Part shown: in pieces, positions 13,455 to 26,804 of the stretch
Numbering within the stretch: the first letter of the stretch is position 1
Layout of the letters: every line of letters begins with the position of its first letter
NCBI RefSeq assembly: GCF_021869535.1
Contig: NW_026262581.1
Location: 62,558,001-62,622,000, forward strand
DNA: 64,000 nucleotides
Source: Mytilus californianus
Lineage: Eukaryota
Reading direction: 5' to 3'
Position numbers and translations under genes: made by a program
Notes under the pieces: model-generated
The model's input: the letters and a program-made list of their open reading frames with translations, nothing else
Database searches by the model: none
Told to the model about the DNA's origin: nothing

Positions 13455-13828
13455 GTCAAAGCCCCCAAAGGTGACTGGGGAATAGAAATATGGACACCAT
13501 TGGTCGTCCTCCGACCGGCAGTAAAACCTTCGCCAAAGTGGGGCGTCCGTTTGGCTGTACAAGTTCGCAGCCACGTCCGGCCACGCTCTTTGTACGTTAA
13601 CAACCCTTGTAACAACTCTCTGAGGAGTCCGTAGGTGGCTTGTTGCAAGGCTAATTTCTGCCCCTATCCAATGTTCCCTAGTTTTCCTGTGGCATTCCAA
13701 TTTTCCGCGACCTTCATCCTAGCCTCATTTATAGGACCTACCTATTGTATTTATTGTTTATTTGTTATCGTCCTGAACATGCTTGAGATATTTTCCACTG
13801 AACGTTAACCAAACAACAATCAATCATT
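13455..13828 (+). mobile_element. SINE-like element (family C) with (AATC)n tail; central part resembles a Deu/Nin-type SINE domain
   Basis: AAAGTGGGGCGTCCGTTTGGCTG...GCCACGCTCTTTGTACGTTAA..ACCCTTG...CAACAATCAATC, with many dispersed copies in the window. No tRNA head or A/B boxes were seen, so the SINE class is inferred. Confidence 0.75.
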
Positions 13829-13832
13829 CGGT

Positions 13833-14190
13833 GTCAAATATTTCATGCAATGTTCTGTAATAAGGGTCGATTGGGATGAAGGTCAGGAAATTTGGACTGC
13901 CACTGGAAAATGAGGGAATATGGATAAGGACAGAAATTTAGACCAGTATCAGACCACCTACGCATCCCTCAAAAACTTATTGCAAGGATTATTAACATAC
14001 AGAGAGCGTGGTACTCTCTCTACACGAGCCATCGGATATAATGTACCCATATTGACAGAACATGGCTGCGTATCTATACATCCCGCGCAACCAAACGGAT
14101 GCCACATTTTAACAAGGGTTTTTCTGCATGTCGAAAGAAGACCAAAAGTGACTATGTTTATATTGACCAGTTATATAAGATAGCACGTGC
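13833..14190 (-). mobile_element. SINE-like element (family C), tail-to-tail with the preceding copy
   Basis: The same blocks occur in reverse orientation, starting a few bases after the AATC tail of the 13455-13828 copy. Confidence 0.7.
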
Positions 14191-14804
14191 TTCGTCAGAT
14201 GACATCGTTTATTATATGTTTTATATAAAGTAAACTAGTATAGTATTTGTGCGGGCTTTTTGTCGTAATGGTACACACTAAAAAAAATGTAAAGGCATAA
14301 ATTTTATTGACTGACGTATTTATTATCGGACAGAAATTTGAAGACAGTAATGTCAGATCCTTGTAAGTTAAGCGATGATAGGATATTTTAAGTGGCTGAG
14401 TACTCATAACTGTGAATATGGCTTCTTAACTCTGTTACTCACCAACCAGAACCCTAAAACATCTATGTTAACAATGGTTAAATTTTTGAAATCATCTATC
14501 ATGAGGAAAATAAGATTTTGGTCACCCTTCTGTATGTCTTGCTGAACAACTAAATAGATAAATGTATTTTTCATACAAAGATTCAATGCAATGCTTTGTT
14601 TACAAAATAATTTATAGTATATCTATAATAGTATACTATTTACAGAGTATATAAGAAATATTGTACAATGGAAATAGAGACAATGACTGAAGTAGAAAAT
14701 ACAAATGCCATGTAATGTATTAATATAATTTCAGTTATAATAATAAAGTTATGTTGCAAATGCAAAACAAGTCACCATCAAGTATTGTACATTTATAAGA
14801 TATC

Positions 14805-15480
14805 AAACAAGAGACTCTCAAGAGCCTGAATCGCTCACCTGTATTTCAGAGGAGAAAATTTTTAAATGTTAGCAAACTTGATGAACAAATTGTGTAAAAT
14901 TGTCTTTAAAGGGCAATAACTCCTTAAGGGGTCAATTGAAAATTTTGGTCATATTAACTTTTTTGTAGATCTTACTTTGCTGAACATTATTGCTGCTTAC
15001 AGTTTATATATATATCTATAATAATATTCAAAATAATAACAAAAAACTGCAAAATTTTGTTAAAACTACCAATTCGGTGGCAGCAACCCAACAATTGATT
15101 GTTCGATTCGTCTGAAAACTTCAGAGCTGATAGATCTTGACCAACTGAACAATTTTACCCTAGTCAGATTTGCTCTAAAAGCTTCAGTTTTTGAGATATA
15201 AGCCAAAAACTGCATTTGACCCTAATGTTCTATTTGTAGCCATGGCGGCCATGTTTGTCGATGGATACAAACTTCGGATACAATTTATAAACTAGATACC
15301 CTAAGGAACATTTAGTTAAAGTTTGAAGGTATTTGGCCCAGTAGTTTCAGAGGAGAAGATTTTTGAAATAGTTTACGACGACCGACGACGACGACGCCAG
15401 ACGACGACGACAGACGACGGACGCCAAGTGATGGCTAAAGCTCACATGAGGCCCTTTGGGGCCCGGTGAGCTAATAAAAA
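14805..15480 (-). mobile_element. Helentron-associated non-autonomous element (HINE; DINE-1/pearl-like)
   Basis: Subterminal inverted repeat GCTCACC (14833) / GGTGAGC (15465), hairpin AGCTCAC...GGCCC.TTT.GGGGCCC..GTGAGCT, a (GAC)n/GACG microsatellite at 15375-15422, a palindrome at the other end (GAGACTCTCAAGAGCC) and A/T-run termini. Confidence 0.8.
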
Positions 15481-16214
15481 AGCAGTCATTAGTAACATGT
15501 GTCAGTTACCGGGATATAAAGATGCACAAGTCTCTAGAGATATTCTTATTCATTCATTTTCAGTTATTACCAGGCCAGAATCTTTATTTCCAATTCCTCC
15601 TACCCCCTTCCAGGAATGTCAAATGGTCGTCCCCTAATAATCTTGTTTTCATAATTTGAATAACACAAGAACAATATACTAGAAGCTATTATATGAAACA
15701 CATGCAAATGCAGAATGAAAGGCTTATTGATTAGAAAAAGGGAAAACACTTCTTCCTCGTCCATATCACTCAACAAAAGAAAGCCTGATGCAAGACTGTT
15801 GCACTCACAGAGTTTATTATTAAAATTGTCATCACATGCAATTTTTTGTCACGTCAGAAGCTAACATCTGTTGATAATGAACAATTTTTCTTATCTGATC
15901 CTAACATTTATATCCCAAATATAAAAGTTCATTGCTTCATTTATTCACTCAAAATATACTGTTTTTGTTGCTGTACTAAATTAAGTATCGATGTTTAGAG
16001 GTTATGCATATATTCTATCTTAATGGGGGAAATTTTAATTAACTACACGTACAAATTATAACAGTTATGAATATATGATGTTGAATGATATTGTCATCAA
16101 AAGGGTCCATAATTGGTTAATTCTACCTTGAAATGATATAAAAATGCAAATGAGAAAACAAATATGAAATGTATAGTTACTGTTCATTGATCAAAATATT
16201 TTGATAATTTTTTA

Positions 16215-16460
16215 ACAAAACAGAACTGGACATTGCCCAATTGTAGTAAGATTTTTTTCAAGGAGATACGTTGAGCTGGTGTTAAAAACACTCAAACCGG
16301 CTCAAAGGAACTAGTTATGGAATTTGAGAACAATTCCCTAAAGAAAAAGTGGACATGCGTAAAAAGTTGTATCCTGTCATTAAACAGGCAATAAAAATAG
16401 AAAAGAAAAGAAAGTCGCTACTTTTTCGCGACAAGCTTTATATTGATGGCATGCTTAATG
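16215..16460 (+). mobile_element. Decayed ORF1 C-terminal region of a non-LTR retrotransposon
   Basis: Translates to PIVVRF...RLKGTSYGI*EQFPKEKVDMRKKLYPVIKQA...DKLYIDG, a typical LINE ORF1 (Tnp22-like) C-terminal pattern. Confidence 0.65.
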
Positions 16461-16959
16461 AGCAGATGAGAATATCGGGATGTAATGAACTTCACAAGAA
16501 TATGCAAGGAAGCGCCTCTTCCTACCCACCAAACAGAACCCCCGATTCAAAACCGTAACTTTAAATCAGTTTAAAGCCCACCCGTTTCACGTCGACCTTT
16601 TAAAAAACGAAGAGTCAAGTCCGACGATGACGAAATTTTTAACACTCACATGTAGAAAAAAGATGAACAGGAGGTGGCATACAATTTTCATTCATTAATA
16701 TGTACGGATTAATATCCAAATTTTTAGTTCCAGAATTCACAGAACTTATTTCGCAAAATGACATTTCTATATTCATTGGAACTAAAACTAGTGACCATAA
16801 TATATTGTCACTTACACTAGAGTATAGTTTTTTTTTTAAACATACACCTAAGTTCAAAAGAAAATCGGGGTGTACTTGAAGTCTTTAGGTCAACCCTGGA
16901 AAAGTATAAACAATATTGAATTTGTACAATGGGTAAAATTTTTAAAGATGAAATTTTAC

Positions 16960-17092
16960 TTGGATAGCTGAAGCCCGCCTCTAGGTGCGGGATTTTCTCG
17001 ATGCGTTGAAGACCCGTTGGTGGCCTTGGCCTGTTTTCTGCTCTTTAGTCGGGTTGTTGTCTCTTTGACACATTCCCCGTTTCCATTCTCTA
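16960..17092 (+). mobile_element. 3'-terminal fragment of repeat family D
   Basis: Reverse complement of 62420-62560 (GTCGGGTTGTTGTCTCTTTGACACATTCCCC.TTTCCATTCTC). Confidence 0.8.
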
Positions 17093-17224
17093 TTCTAGTA
17101 TTATACATCCTACCCGATTTCAAAATATTCGTCGATAAACGCCTTTTCCGAAGTTTCTTGTCTTGGAAAAACCTTCACAGCTGTTTCGAATGGCGGAAAA
17201 CATCCTCATAACAAAAGAGACTGT

Positions 17225-18000
17225 TTAAACTAAAGACGAGCTTTCATCATTCTTTAACTGCGAAACAGGGAGTTCGACAGGGAGAAAACCCTTCACTTTT
17301 TCTGTTTGCACAGTACCTAAATGATATTGGAGACTTCTTTTTTAGAAATCAATGTTCCTCACTTGCAAAACCTTTAGAACAAATGTCATGAACATTTGTC
17401 CATTTATCTAAAGCTTTTTTCTTTCGCAGTATGCAGATGATACTATCATATAATCAGAAACACCCGAAACAATACAACAAGCTCTCCTGGCAATTGAAAT
17501 GTATTGCATAAAATGGAACCTCAAAATAAATCCTTCGAAAAGGAAGGTTGTTATATTTCACAAAAGGAAAACCACAATACATCCGGTTTTTCAGTTTTTT
17601 GCCAAAGTATTGGAAAACCAAGATTTCACTCATACCTAACAGTCACTTTTAATTATAATGGTTCTTTTGTAAAAGCGAAACACATACGACAACGGCGTCA
17701 TTTGGTCATTACAGGAAATTGCGAAATATTTCTTTACCAGTAGAATTACATTTTGATACCCTAGTACACATGTACTTATAGTTCTCATTTACGACTAGGG
17801 AGGTCTGGGGTTTTGAAAACACTTACATTTTGAAAAAGATACGTTTGCTATTTTGCAGAAACATTCTAGGCGTAAGAACAACACACCATATTTCATGATA
17901 TATGGTGAACTCGGTCGAACTCCGATTGACATAGGTATGAAACTTTAGAATGGTAAATTTTTGGAATCGTATTATTTGCAATAATCGTAAGCTATCTTCA
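17225..18000 (+). mobile_element. Decayed LINE reverse transcriptase (CR1/L2 group)
   Basis: GVRQGENPSLFLFAQYLND, YADDTII, WNLKINPSKRKVVIF and YGELGRTP motifs, interrupted by stops and frameshifts. Probably the same element as 16215-16460. Confidence 0.8.
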
Positions 18001-18732
18001 ATTTTGTAATCGACAACGTTCAAATGGAACGAAATAATATTGCACAAGTTTAAGTGGATTTAAAATGTATTCCCAAATATTACTATAGATATTCATGTTT
18101 TGAGAAAATGAAGAGTTTCTTTCTCCTTTTTTGCTGAAGAACTTATCCCTTTTTATTGACAAAATAGTTAGAATATTAAAATTATACTCTCACATGAGTA
18201 TACAAGTATGCCAACATTGCAACCATCATTAATATCTATTGATGCCTTGTGTTGATTATGTACATTGCCTCTTGTTATACTGTAAATGTGCCTGTTTGTT
18301 TCTTAATAAAGTATAACTATATATGTTATGGCTAAATTTTGATGTGTAAAATTTTGAAGTTTTCGGTAAATCCTATTATATTTTTTTTTATTTTGCCATA
18401 CTCAATGGAATTCAATGTTCAATAAGTTTAATTCACATTCTAAACTAAATATTTCTTTTAACACCTAACACTAATCTGTTTATTCTTAAAAGTAAAAGGA
18501 CAATTAAACGTTACAACATATGATGTATTGACTCTAATAATTTTGTAAATATTTTTTTTGTCATTCAAAGAAATTAATTTAACAAGATTTTCTATAGGCT
18601 CATTCTTGTTTTTTTTAATCTTTTTTATTTCTCATGGCGTTCTACTCACGATTTATCATAAAATAGCATTTATCATTTTCACAATAATTTTATTTTGAAG
18701 CGTTTAATTTTGGAACTTTTTGTCTTTTTTAA

Positions 18733-19143
18733 ACACAAATAAGACAAGTAAACCTACAAACACCTATTCAACTCAAGTCCTTACCACCATAAGTACAAAG
18801 AGGAACCTACCGCATCACCAAAAAGACAACAACAGAGGGTCAATCTGTTAATACACCGGAATTAACAATAGATATGTCTGTAAATCCTTCTCAACATAAC
18901 CAAAAACCTGTTCCACCTATGAAAATACCAATTAAACCCTGGGCACCAATTAAAGATTGCACTTCACAAACAAAATATAGAATACTTAACTATATCTCTA
19001 TCTACAGACAACTATTAACATCTCTACCTGGACCCTAGAGTATTTTTGCTGGGGCCCCATCGCAATACCAAGACCATGTATTAGCACGTTTTTATGCCAA
19101 ACGTCACAGAAGGCAAGATACCAAAGACAAACAGTTCCTGTGA
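18733..19143 (+). pseudogene. Decayed ORF of unknown origin
   Basis: About 136 codons in one frame with only two internal stops (TAA, TAG). The sequence is C/A-rich and less AT-rich than the flanks. Confidence 0.35.
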
Positions 19144-21078
19144 GTGTTCGTACCATAATGACAGGGGAAAGATGTTATTTATCGGATGGGACCATACTTG
19201 AACTTGAGGAAATATGGACATCAGATAAACCAACACAGACAGAAAAATAGGGGTTTAATTCTAGTAGGGTCGGTAGGTATCCTATTTATTTTTAGTTCGA
19301 GGACGAACCCTTATTTTTCCATGGGTGGGGGTGGGGTTAGTGTTATTCTTAAAGATAATAGTTAAGTCTGATAGGTTTGTATGTATGATGTTTCATTCTT
19401 TTCTTGTGTTGCTCAGACTAGTTCATTTCTACTTTCACTTTTATTTTCGCGTTTCCAAACTCTGAGCTGCAATTTAACTCTTTTTATTTCAGTTATCCCG
19501 ACCGTATGGTATTGTATTTCTATGCATAGTATTGTTTATGTGAAATGTATAACTAGGACAGGGTTTGTTCTCACTGTTTGACCATGTGTGTACCTTGACA
19601 CGTTCCCAGCTTTAGTTTGACCTTTATTTTCACATGCTTGCTCAATTTACGTTAACGGTCTGTATTGTAACCAGGGTATGATTTCCCGAAAGGTTATCGT
19701 TGATAAGCCCATATCCCCCTTTTTCCCTCGACAGTTGTACATTTCTTTTGGTATTTGTGCCATTTTTTCAATATTATTGTCGTGGGAACTTCCGGTTATC
19801 AAGACCAACCTAAATGGATGGCCCAGTTTCCAGGTTCCCGTACTATGTATATGTTTTTTTTCAACCAATCACTGCTTTTTGCCAGATACACTTATCCTTA
19901 TAGTAACTTACTAGTAATGTGTTCCCGCATTTCCGTAGTACAAATACGGCTGTAGCTGACGATTCCGGCAGTCCGCAGCTCACGGAACCTTTGACAATTT
20001 TACAAGTTCCAACACCATAGCGAGCCCACCTGTGGATCTTTCAACACATAACCATTACCAGGTTAATAGAAACCCCGATTTTATTTTTTTATAACCTGGC
20101 CAAGTGACCTGTATTGTTTTACTACGAATACTACAACCGTCTCCGTGTTTACACACGACAATTTACGCCCAAATGGGGTCCCTGTACTGTTTTCCCGCTA
20201 GGGGCCATTTATTTATGATGTTTATTGATATTTATGACGAAATAAATATTTATTGTTGAAACTTATAACCGTTTTTGTTATAATTCAACTTACTACGAAT
20301 GTAGAAACCGGTGTCTAGATTACTCAGTTAAGCAACCAAATTATTTGCAAGTTACCATTATTGCAGTTACACAATTACCCAAAAAGTTGTTGATAGGCCT
20401 GCTACCAACGGTTGATCATCTCTTATTAATACAATTACATATAGAAACCAAATATTTTAGCTTCGAAATGCTCGACCAGCAGCGTTGCAACATGTCAACA
20501 ATTCAATGTTCTTTGTTGGGTGGAATATATACTATCTTGGTGTTATTGAACCACAAATACAGATCTTGTAAAGGAATCCGTAGGTGATCTGTGCAAGGCA
20601 GAATTTCTTACCACAAGATATTAAAAATGGGTCAGAAATTTTCCATAACAACAGTTTCAAAGTTCACCAATGGACACATCAAAGCGATGTAGCATGTAGT
20701 ATTTAACGTACAGCGAACATGACTCTCCCTATTGCACGAAGCATCATATTCAACTTTCCATTCCGACCGGACGTGACTGCGTATTTATACATCTGGAACA
20801 ACCGGACAGGAGAAATTTAGGCGACCATATTTTCTTATACTTCGGGTAAAAATGTACATCGACATCTGATGTGAGGTTAATTCAAAATTATTGAAAACAT
20901 CGCTTATTTCCTCCCAGAACAGGTTGGACTAGAATCTTCCCAATCACCTTTTTTTTTGTTTAGTGGCAAGCAATATATTTGATTTTCATAAATTCTGGTC
21001 TTTGGTGAGTTTATCTACTTAACTGAAGTTTTGTCATTGTTTTAATACGTACAAACACGACGTACCAATACCATAATT

Positions 21079-21180
21079 TGTGGTTCTCTCCGGCTTCATC
21101 CACCAATAATAACCAACCGCCACAAAATAGCACACTAGTACTGAAAGTGGCGTTAAACACCAACCAACCAATTAATCAAT
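21079..21180 (+). mobile_element. 3' fragment of a V-domain-like SINE with (AACC)n tail
   Basis: GGTTCTCTCCGG.....TCCACC resembles the V-SINE core GGTTTTCTCCGGGTACTCCGGTTTCCTCC, followed by GAAAGTGGCGTTAAACACC and AACC repeats. Confidence 0.5.
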
Positions 21181-21984
21181 TCCTCAAAATGAGAACCCAC
21201 TACGAATATTTATTTCCTTCATCTTTAATTACTAGAATAACAAGTGTTTATGTTTGCGTCCCTCAGTAAGTAGACCGATCACCGCGTAAACACTATTCAT
21301 AAAATACATCAAAGATAAAAATGTTGATTTGTGGCGAAATGAGAATAGTCCATGTTCTTTAAAGTCGTAAAAATAAGAAACCAAAATGTAAGCTAGGGTA
21401 CACAACGAAGATACAGTTATCCAACGACACAAGTAATCAAGAGAGATCGGAATTTTTTTTAAATTGTGCAAACTTTTCTAGACCCGAAGCGATTATAAGC
21501 TTTATATATTGTATACACACGTGTCTACTGTGGATAGCCGTATGTTGAGTTCTAGATGTCTATTTGTATCGGTTTCGTTAACGTTTTTCTATAAAAACTC
21601 TTTGCTGATATTGTAATATGTTGCCTAATATTTAGCTTTATAATATTTTATTGTATTGTTTGTCTGTATGTTTTTTTACCATGGTTTCTTTAAAGTCGGT
21701 ATTTTTTTTAAGCTGAAGAAAGGAACCGACTCAAATCTTGACGAGGGGGGGGTTCTAACTTATTGATTATCAAAATTTAGTAAATGTATAGTATACAATG
21801 GTATAGTATACAATGCTAGGTCGTAACCTGGCCTTCTCTCATCATGCAGAAAAGCCAAAGATGGACATTGTATGTTTTTTTATTCGGGATGTATAAATAT
21901 GCACCCACGTCTTGTCGGAAAGAGGACGTCAAATCCGATGCCTCGTGTAGAGAGAAACCATATTGATTTTATGCATATTCCTGA

Positions 21985-22090
21985 TGTTTTGGTCATGTAA
22001 GCTATTGCTATCACTTGGCGGCAGCGTCGTCTGTACATTACTCACATTTTTAGCTTCTCTAAAACACTTTTAACCAAACTTTGCAGGAAA
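21985..22090 (+). mobile_element. HINE 5' fragment
   Basis: ATCACTTGGCG..AGCGTCGTC...AACCAAACTT matches the ends of the HINEs at 15420-15440 and 61480-61560. Confidence 0.5.
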
Positions 22091-23814
22091 TGACGTATCG
22101 ACAGTAAAAACAGAATCATCTGAAACTTAATTTCTCCGAAATTTTCTTCTTTTATGCAATAAAGAGTAAACGCATAAGGCGAAGGATTAAGTTTACTTTG
22201 AGACTTTTCATTAAATTATTTGGGCGGTTTATATATATTGCATACAATAAATGAGTTGGAGAAAATGATCTTTTCTGTACAGTTATAAAGACAAGAGAGA
22301 TAATTCTAATATGATCGACCGTTAATGTAACAGTTGCTTGAAAGACAAAATTAAGTACACACAATTTTATTAGATAAAAATACGGAAAGCAAATATGTGG
22401 AATTTAAAAAAAAGTTACAGACAACAGTTCCTCAAATACTAAACATATAATTCTTTAAACGCTTTTATAGCATGCAATTCATACAAAATCGCTAATATCT
22501 TTTGAATTTATATGGACTATTTTCAAGTGTTCAAATAACGGTTCCAATTTTCGAAATAGGGTTGGCATGGTTTGGAATCGACAAACCTCAATACAGCTGC
22601 CTTTAAATTTACCACAATGCAGTTGATCAGTACCGCTGCTTGTGGAATATTATTCATCGATGGTACGATCCGACAAGTAGCCTCTGCATCGTTATAATCA
22701 TGATGTAAATGATACATTTGTCTTGGAAATAGCAAGTTAATAAATTATGATTATATTTTGGAACTTCACCGAGTTGACTATTTATGCCCTATTTGTTTAG
22801 GGTCTCCGATGCTTTATAAGTTTGTTGACTTATCAAAATTTCGGTCACGAGCATACCGATGTAGATTACCAGGTCATAATATAATGAAATTTGCGAAAAT
22901 TATGGTTTCAACAGGCAAGTTGACAATACACGGCTTGTTGTGCTATTTATGTCCTATAAGTTGGAATGCTCCAAATATTTGTTTATGCTTAAATTTTCCT
23001 AATGAAGTTTTAAATCTTAGAATAACATTATTAGAGGCTTCAAGTAGTCTAAAACGCCCACTTGGTAAAACTATGTCTGAAGGAGTAGAGCCAGTAACCC
23101 AAATTGACGGCTCTGTAAAGGCGATTTTTTAAATCTCCAGTTGTTTGAGTAAATATAATGTTTACGTATTGCTCAATGTTTTATATTTGAAAGTTTAATA
23201 AAAAGAAATAATTGTATATCTTGCTTCATATATTATTATATATTAGCCTGAAATAGGAAAAGATTTCATTTTAGTCCATTTTTCTTGAAATTTTATCGAC
23301 CTTATTTTGACGCCACCCCTCGGTTGAAAAGTAGAGAACATGCCGTATGTTAAGAATATTTCAGCAAAAATAATGGCGCTGCTTGCAAAAATCTGTCATA
23401 AATTTTGCCAAATTATGCTAAAAATCAGGTTTTAACCAAAGTCAACTACGTTTATGACGTCACAAATACATCACTATTGACGCAATTGGTGAAAGTTTTC
23501 ATTTACTGGAACAAGTGGACAATTTAACATTAAGTCATCAAATTTTCAGAACATTACCCCATTTAAAAAAAATTTAAAGATTTTTAGGACAAAAATTTAT
23601 GAGTTAGTAAACCAGCTTCTTTGGATAACAATTCTCTTTTTTACAATTTAAATATTCCTCAGAGCGACTAATTATAATTCTAAAGATAATAGCAAAAAAC
23701 ACAAAAAGGAATCATTTAGGGCAATAACTTCTATAAAGACTAGACAATTAAAGCTATGTTGACTTTTTAGCAGATCTTTTTTTTCTCAATATTTATTTGT
23801 GTTCTGACCAGCAA

Positions 23815-23900
23815 TAAATTCCTTGCTAAAGTGGGGTGTCCGATTGGCTGTGTGGGATGTATAAATACCAGCCACGTCCGGTTAAAATGGGGAAACTGCA
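23815..23900 (+). mobile_element. SINE family C internal fragment
   Basis: AAAGTGGGGTGTCCGATTGGCTGTGTGGGATGTATAAATACCAGCCACGTCCGG. Similar short pieces lie at 20760-20815 (-), 21875-21960 (+), 24400-24460 (+), 45222-45260 (-), 56478-56532 (+) and 61010-61170 (-). Confidence 0.7.
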
Positions 23901-24011
23901 AAAAGTGGTAAAATTGTCATTGAACGATTTCGGTCATTTGTCTGATTCGTAGATCTTATCCTCAACTGTTTCGGTTCTAATAATCCTTGGCCTTAAAACA
24001 TTTGTAATCGA

Positions 24012-24053
24012 GCGTTCCCGATGATGGTAAATCCAGAAAAACTCTTCGGACGC
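24012..24053 (+). ncRNA. Degenerate minimal type I hammerhead ribozyme motif
   Basis: Stem I GCGUUC/GGACGC; core CCGAUGA (U4>C); stem II UGG-UAAAU-CCA; then GAAA, AACUCU and UC. It sits in a short repeat also found at about 25090-25200. Confidence 0.55.
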
Positions 24054-25146
24054 ATGAAATTTATAACGTGTTGTTTACATTTCTTATCCTGTTGGTTGTT
24101 TTGCTTTATATAGCTTTTGTGGCAATAATTCACAGGAGAAACATGTAGATCATGATTTGTGATTATTATTCAGAGTCAGTTTTGTTCTAACAGCTTTAGT
24201 TATGATATGAGCCAAACACTTTCGACAGGAATGAGGACGTGAAATGGAATACCGCGTGTAAGGACAGTGTCATGCATCTCTGTACACTTGGAGAGGTACA
24301 AATGTTTTGCCCGTTCAATTGGCCATCTGTAGACCTCTCAAAGAACTGTTGAAAGAATTTTTTCAAAATTCACGCCGTTAACCCTGGTCGACTTTTACTA
24401 AAGATTGCCGTCCGTTTGGCTGTGAGTGATGAATTAATACGCAGCCATGTTCGGTAGGAATTGGAACATTGAATTATCTGCACCTATACAACCTACACTG
24501 ATTTTCAATGTGTCGTTCACCCTGTGGAAAGTTAAATGTGGGGTTTCCGAAATCCTCATACACATTGATATTTAGGAAAAAAATATAACCGTGTAACGTA
24601 ATATAAAATTCCTCTAGATGAATTTTCAAGCCAATAAACATCGACACATGAGATTACTGTTTCTTTTGAAATTTTGTTTTATACGTGTACAGATTCATGT
24701 ATATGTTGGTCTCTAAGAAGTAATTGGGTGTTTGTATGTTATATATTCTAGAAATAAAGTAATGAATCTGATGAGGCCTCGTTTTGGGAACCAGCAACCA
24801 TGAAGCTGTTGACAGCTTGTTTACCAGTCCCAAGTTTAATCCTGATTTTAGAAAACAAACGTACGTGTCCTACAGGTACAGTCATTACCACACACTAGGA
24901 CAGGTCTCAAAGATAGTCCCCGAGGGTATCTTCAGCTCAGTAGTCAGTGCTTCGATACTGAAATGATTTATAACATAACTTTCTCAAATTCATCGTTCAT
25001 AAATTTTCAAGAAACTTAGGTAAAGTCAATCTCATTGATTTGACCATTATTTTTAGTTCTCTTTTTGTCATATTGCCCTTTACGTGTCCAGGAACTTATG
25101 TATCCATACATCCTTGGCTTTCAAATTTTCAAATGGGTGGGGTTGA

Positions 25147-25187
25147 ACGTTCATGATGAAAGTTAATCAGAAAAGCGCTTCGCACGC
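25147..25187 (+). ncRNA. Degenerate minimal type I hammerhead ribozyme motif, second copy
   Basis: ACGUUC-AUGAUGA-(degenerate stem II)-GAAA-AGCGCU(palindrome)-UC-GCACGC. Confidence 0.5.
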
Positions 25188-26804
25188 ACTACTTTTATAA
25201 AGGTCTATTTTCATTTTATGGCAGTATTGTATGATGATCAACAACAGCTGGAAGTGCAAAGAAAGTTATACGAATTAACGTATTTAATGAACGAAAAGTG
25301 TTACTATGAGTTCATTAAATATGTTAAAGAGAAGTGCGTGGCTTCATATGATTTGTAATATTAATTGGCGATGATACAGGTCAAAGGTTAAATGCTGACC
25401 AATGAAACTTAACTGTGCTGTTCATGAATTAAATATGTCAATCAAATAGCGGTTACTACGATATGAACAAAAACGTCATTTATTTTCAGAAAATGAACAC
25501 TACTGTGTAGCATCACCACAAGATATAGGTACCCCCGAAGCAAAGAAACAATGATGACAAAAAGTACCTATTCTAATCCCCGTATAGTAAACAACTATTC
25601 GCCGTTCAATTTATCCGCTTTATTTATTTGAATTTCTCTGTGTAAACAATAGTTGAATTCGAAATAAAGTGTTGTTCAAGCTTAAATATGATATACCTTT
25701 GTTCTACGAAAACGTCAAATGAATAGTTGAAGGATAATTGTGTTTTAAAAAAGTTTGAACTCGTCACATCCTTCGTTGAACCGGTACCATCCTATCCGAT
25801 TCTGACGATTTGAAGAGAGAGAAAGCCAATTAAGGATCATAATCAGCCCTAAATAGTAGCTTCATTATTAGGAATCACTATCACAAAACTTTACTTGTCA
25901 GCAAAATGTAGAAATTAATGACAATACGAATCTGACCTTAACCGTCTTCACATTTGTTTTTTCCACCGCTTCAGGGGTACCTATATCCGGTGGTGATGCT
26001 ACACATTCAGCAAATGTTTGCAGTTGGATTTGTATTTGCGATAAATGTAAATGAATTGTTGCCATGCGAAGTTTACAGACCCGAGAGCAATCTACAAGTT
26101 ATTGAAAAGTGTTCCCTCCCCCAAATTCTTGAGTGGGTAAATGCAAAATCATATTTCATTTATACTATGCTGCCTGCTTTTAAAGCCCTCCTCCCCCAAA
26201 AAATCCGAGTAGGTATAGAGGAATTAAACGTTGTCTTAATTTGGGACAAATATTTCAAACATGTTCAATTTCAACCTTTTTAATGTGAAGGAAATGACTG
26301 AACATCCAGTGAAATATATTTTCAGAATATATTTTTCTTACACGATAATAACATGTTCCCAACCAAAAAGGCCAGTTTCTCCTTCAATGACAGTGCTTGG
26401 GGTCGCTAAGAAAGGGGGAAAAGTAGGACATAGTCTCCCTTCTAAACAACATATTTAGGTTATGCGACCTATACTCATCTAGTATTTAGGTTTGGTATTT
26501 CTAGATAATTGAAAGTATTTACTGTTGAAATTTCTATGGTCATTGATATAACATTTTGTTTTATTAATTCATTATTTACTAGTCCATTGAGGTGGAGTCA
26601 GACAGTCAGACAGTGGGATAACAAGTTTTCTGACTCTCGTACAGATTTAAACAAATTCCGAGGCAAAGGTAGTTCACTATTGAAGTTCAAATCTCATAAA
26701 TCTATCAAGAAGATACTAATCCAGGTAAAACAAAAACTGAAGAAATCACTAGAATTCCAAAAGAAACGAGACTTTTGTCCTTTTGTTTATTATCTTTGTG
26801 ATTG

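Noticed and set aside
22540-22640. Minus-strand HCGKFKGSCIEVC resembling the C-x6-C-x3-C start of a beta/big defensin
   Set aside because: The remaining three cysteines are absent, there are in-frame stops upstream, and no signal peptide is present. Likely chance.
22758-23132. 124-aa ORF with CPIC and CYLC
   Set aside because: The Cys spacing fits no finger I recognise, there is no splice or homology support, and the start is non-ATG.
24768-24795. CTGATGAGGCCTCGTTTTGGGAACC as a hammerhead
   Set aside because: It lacks GAAA and a compatible stem I or III.
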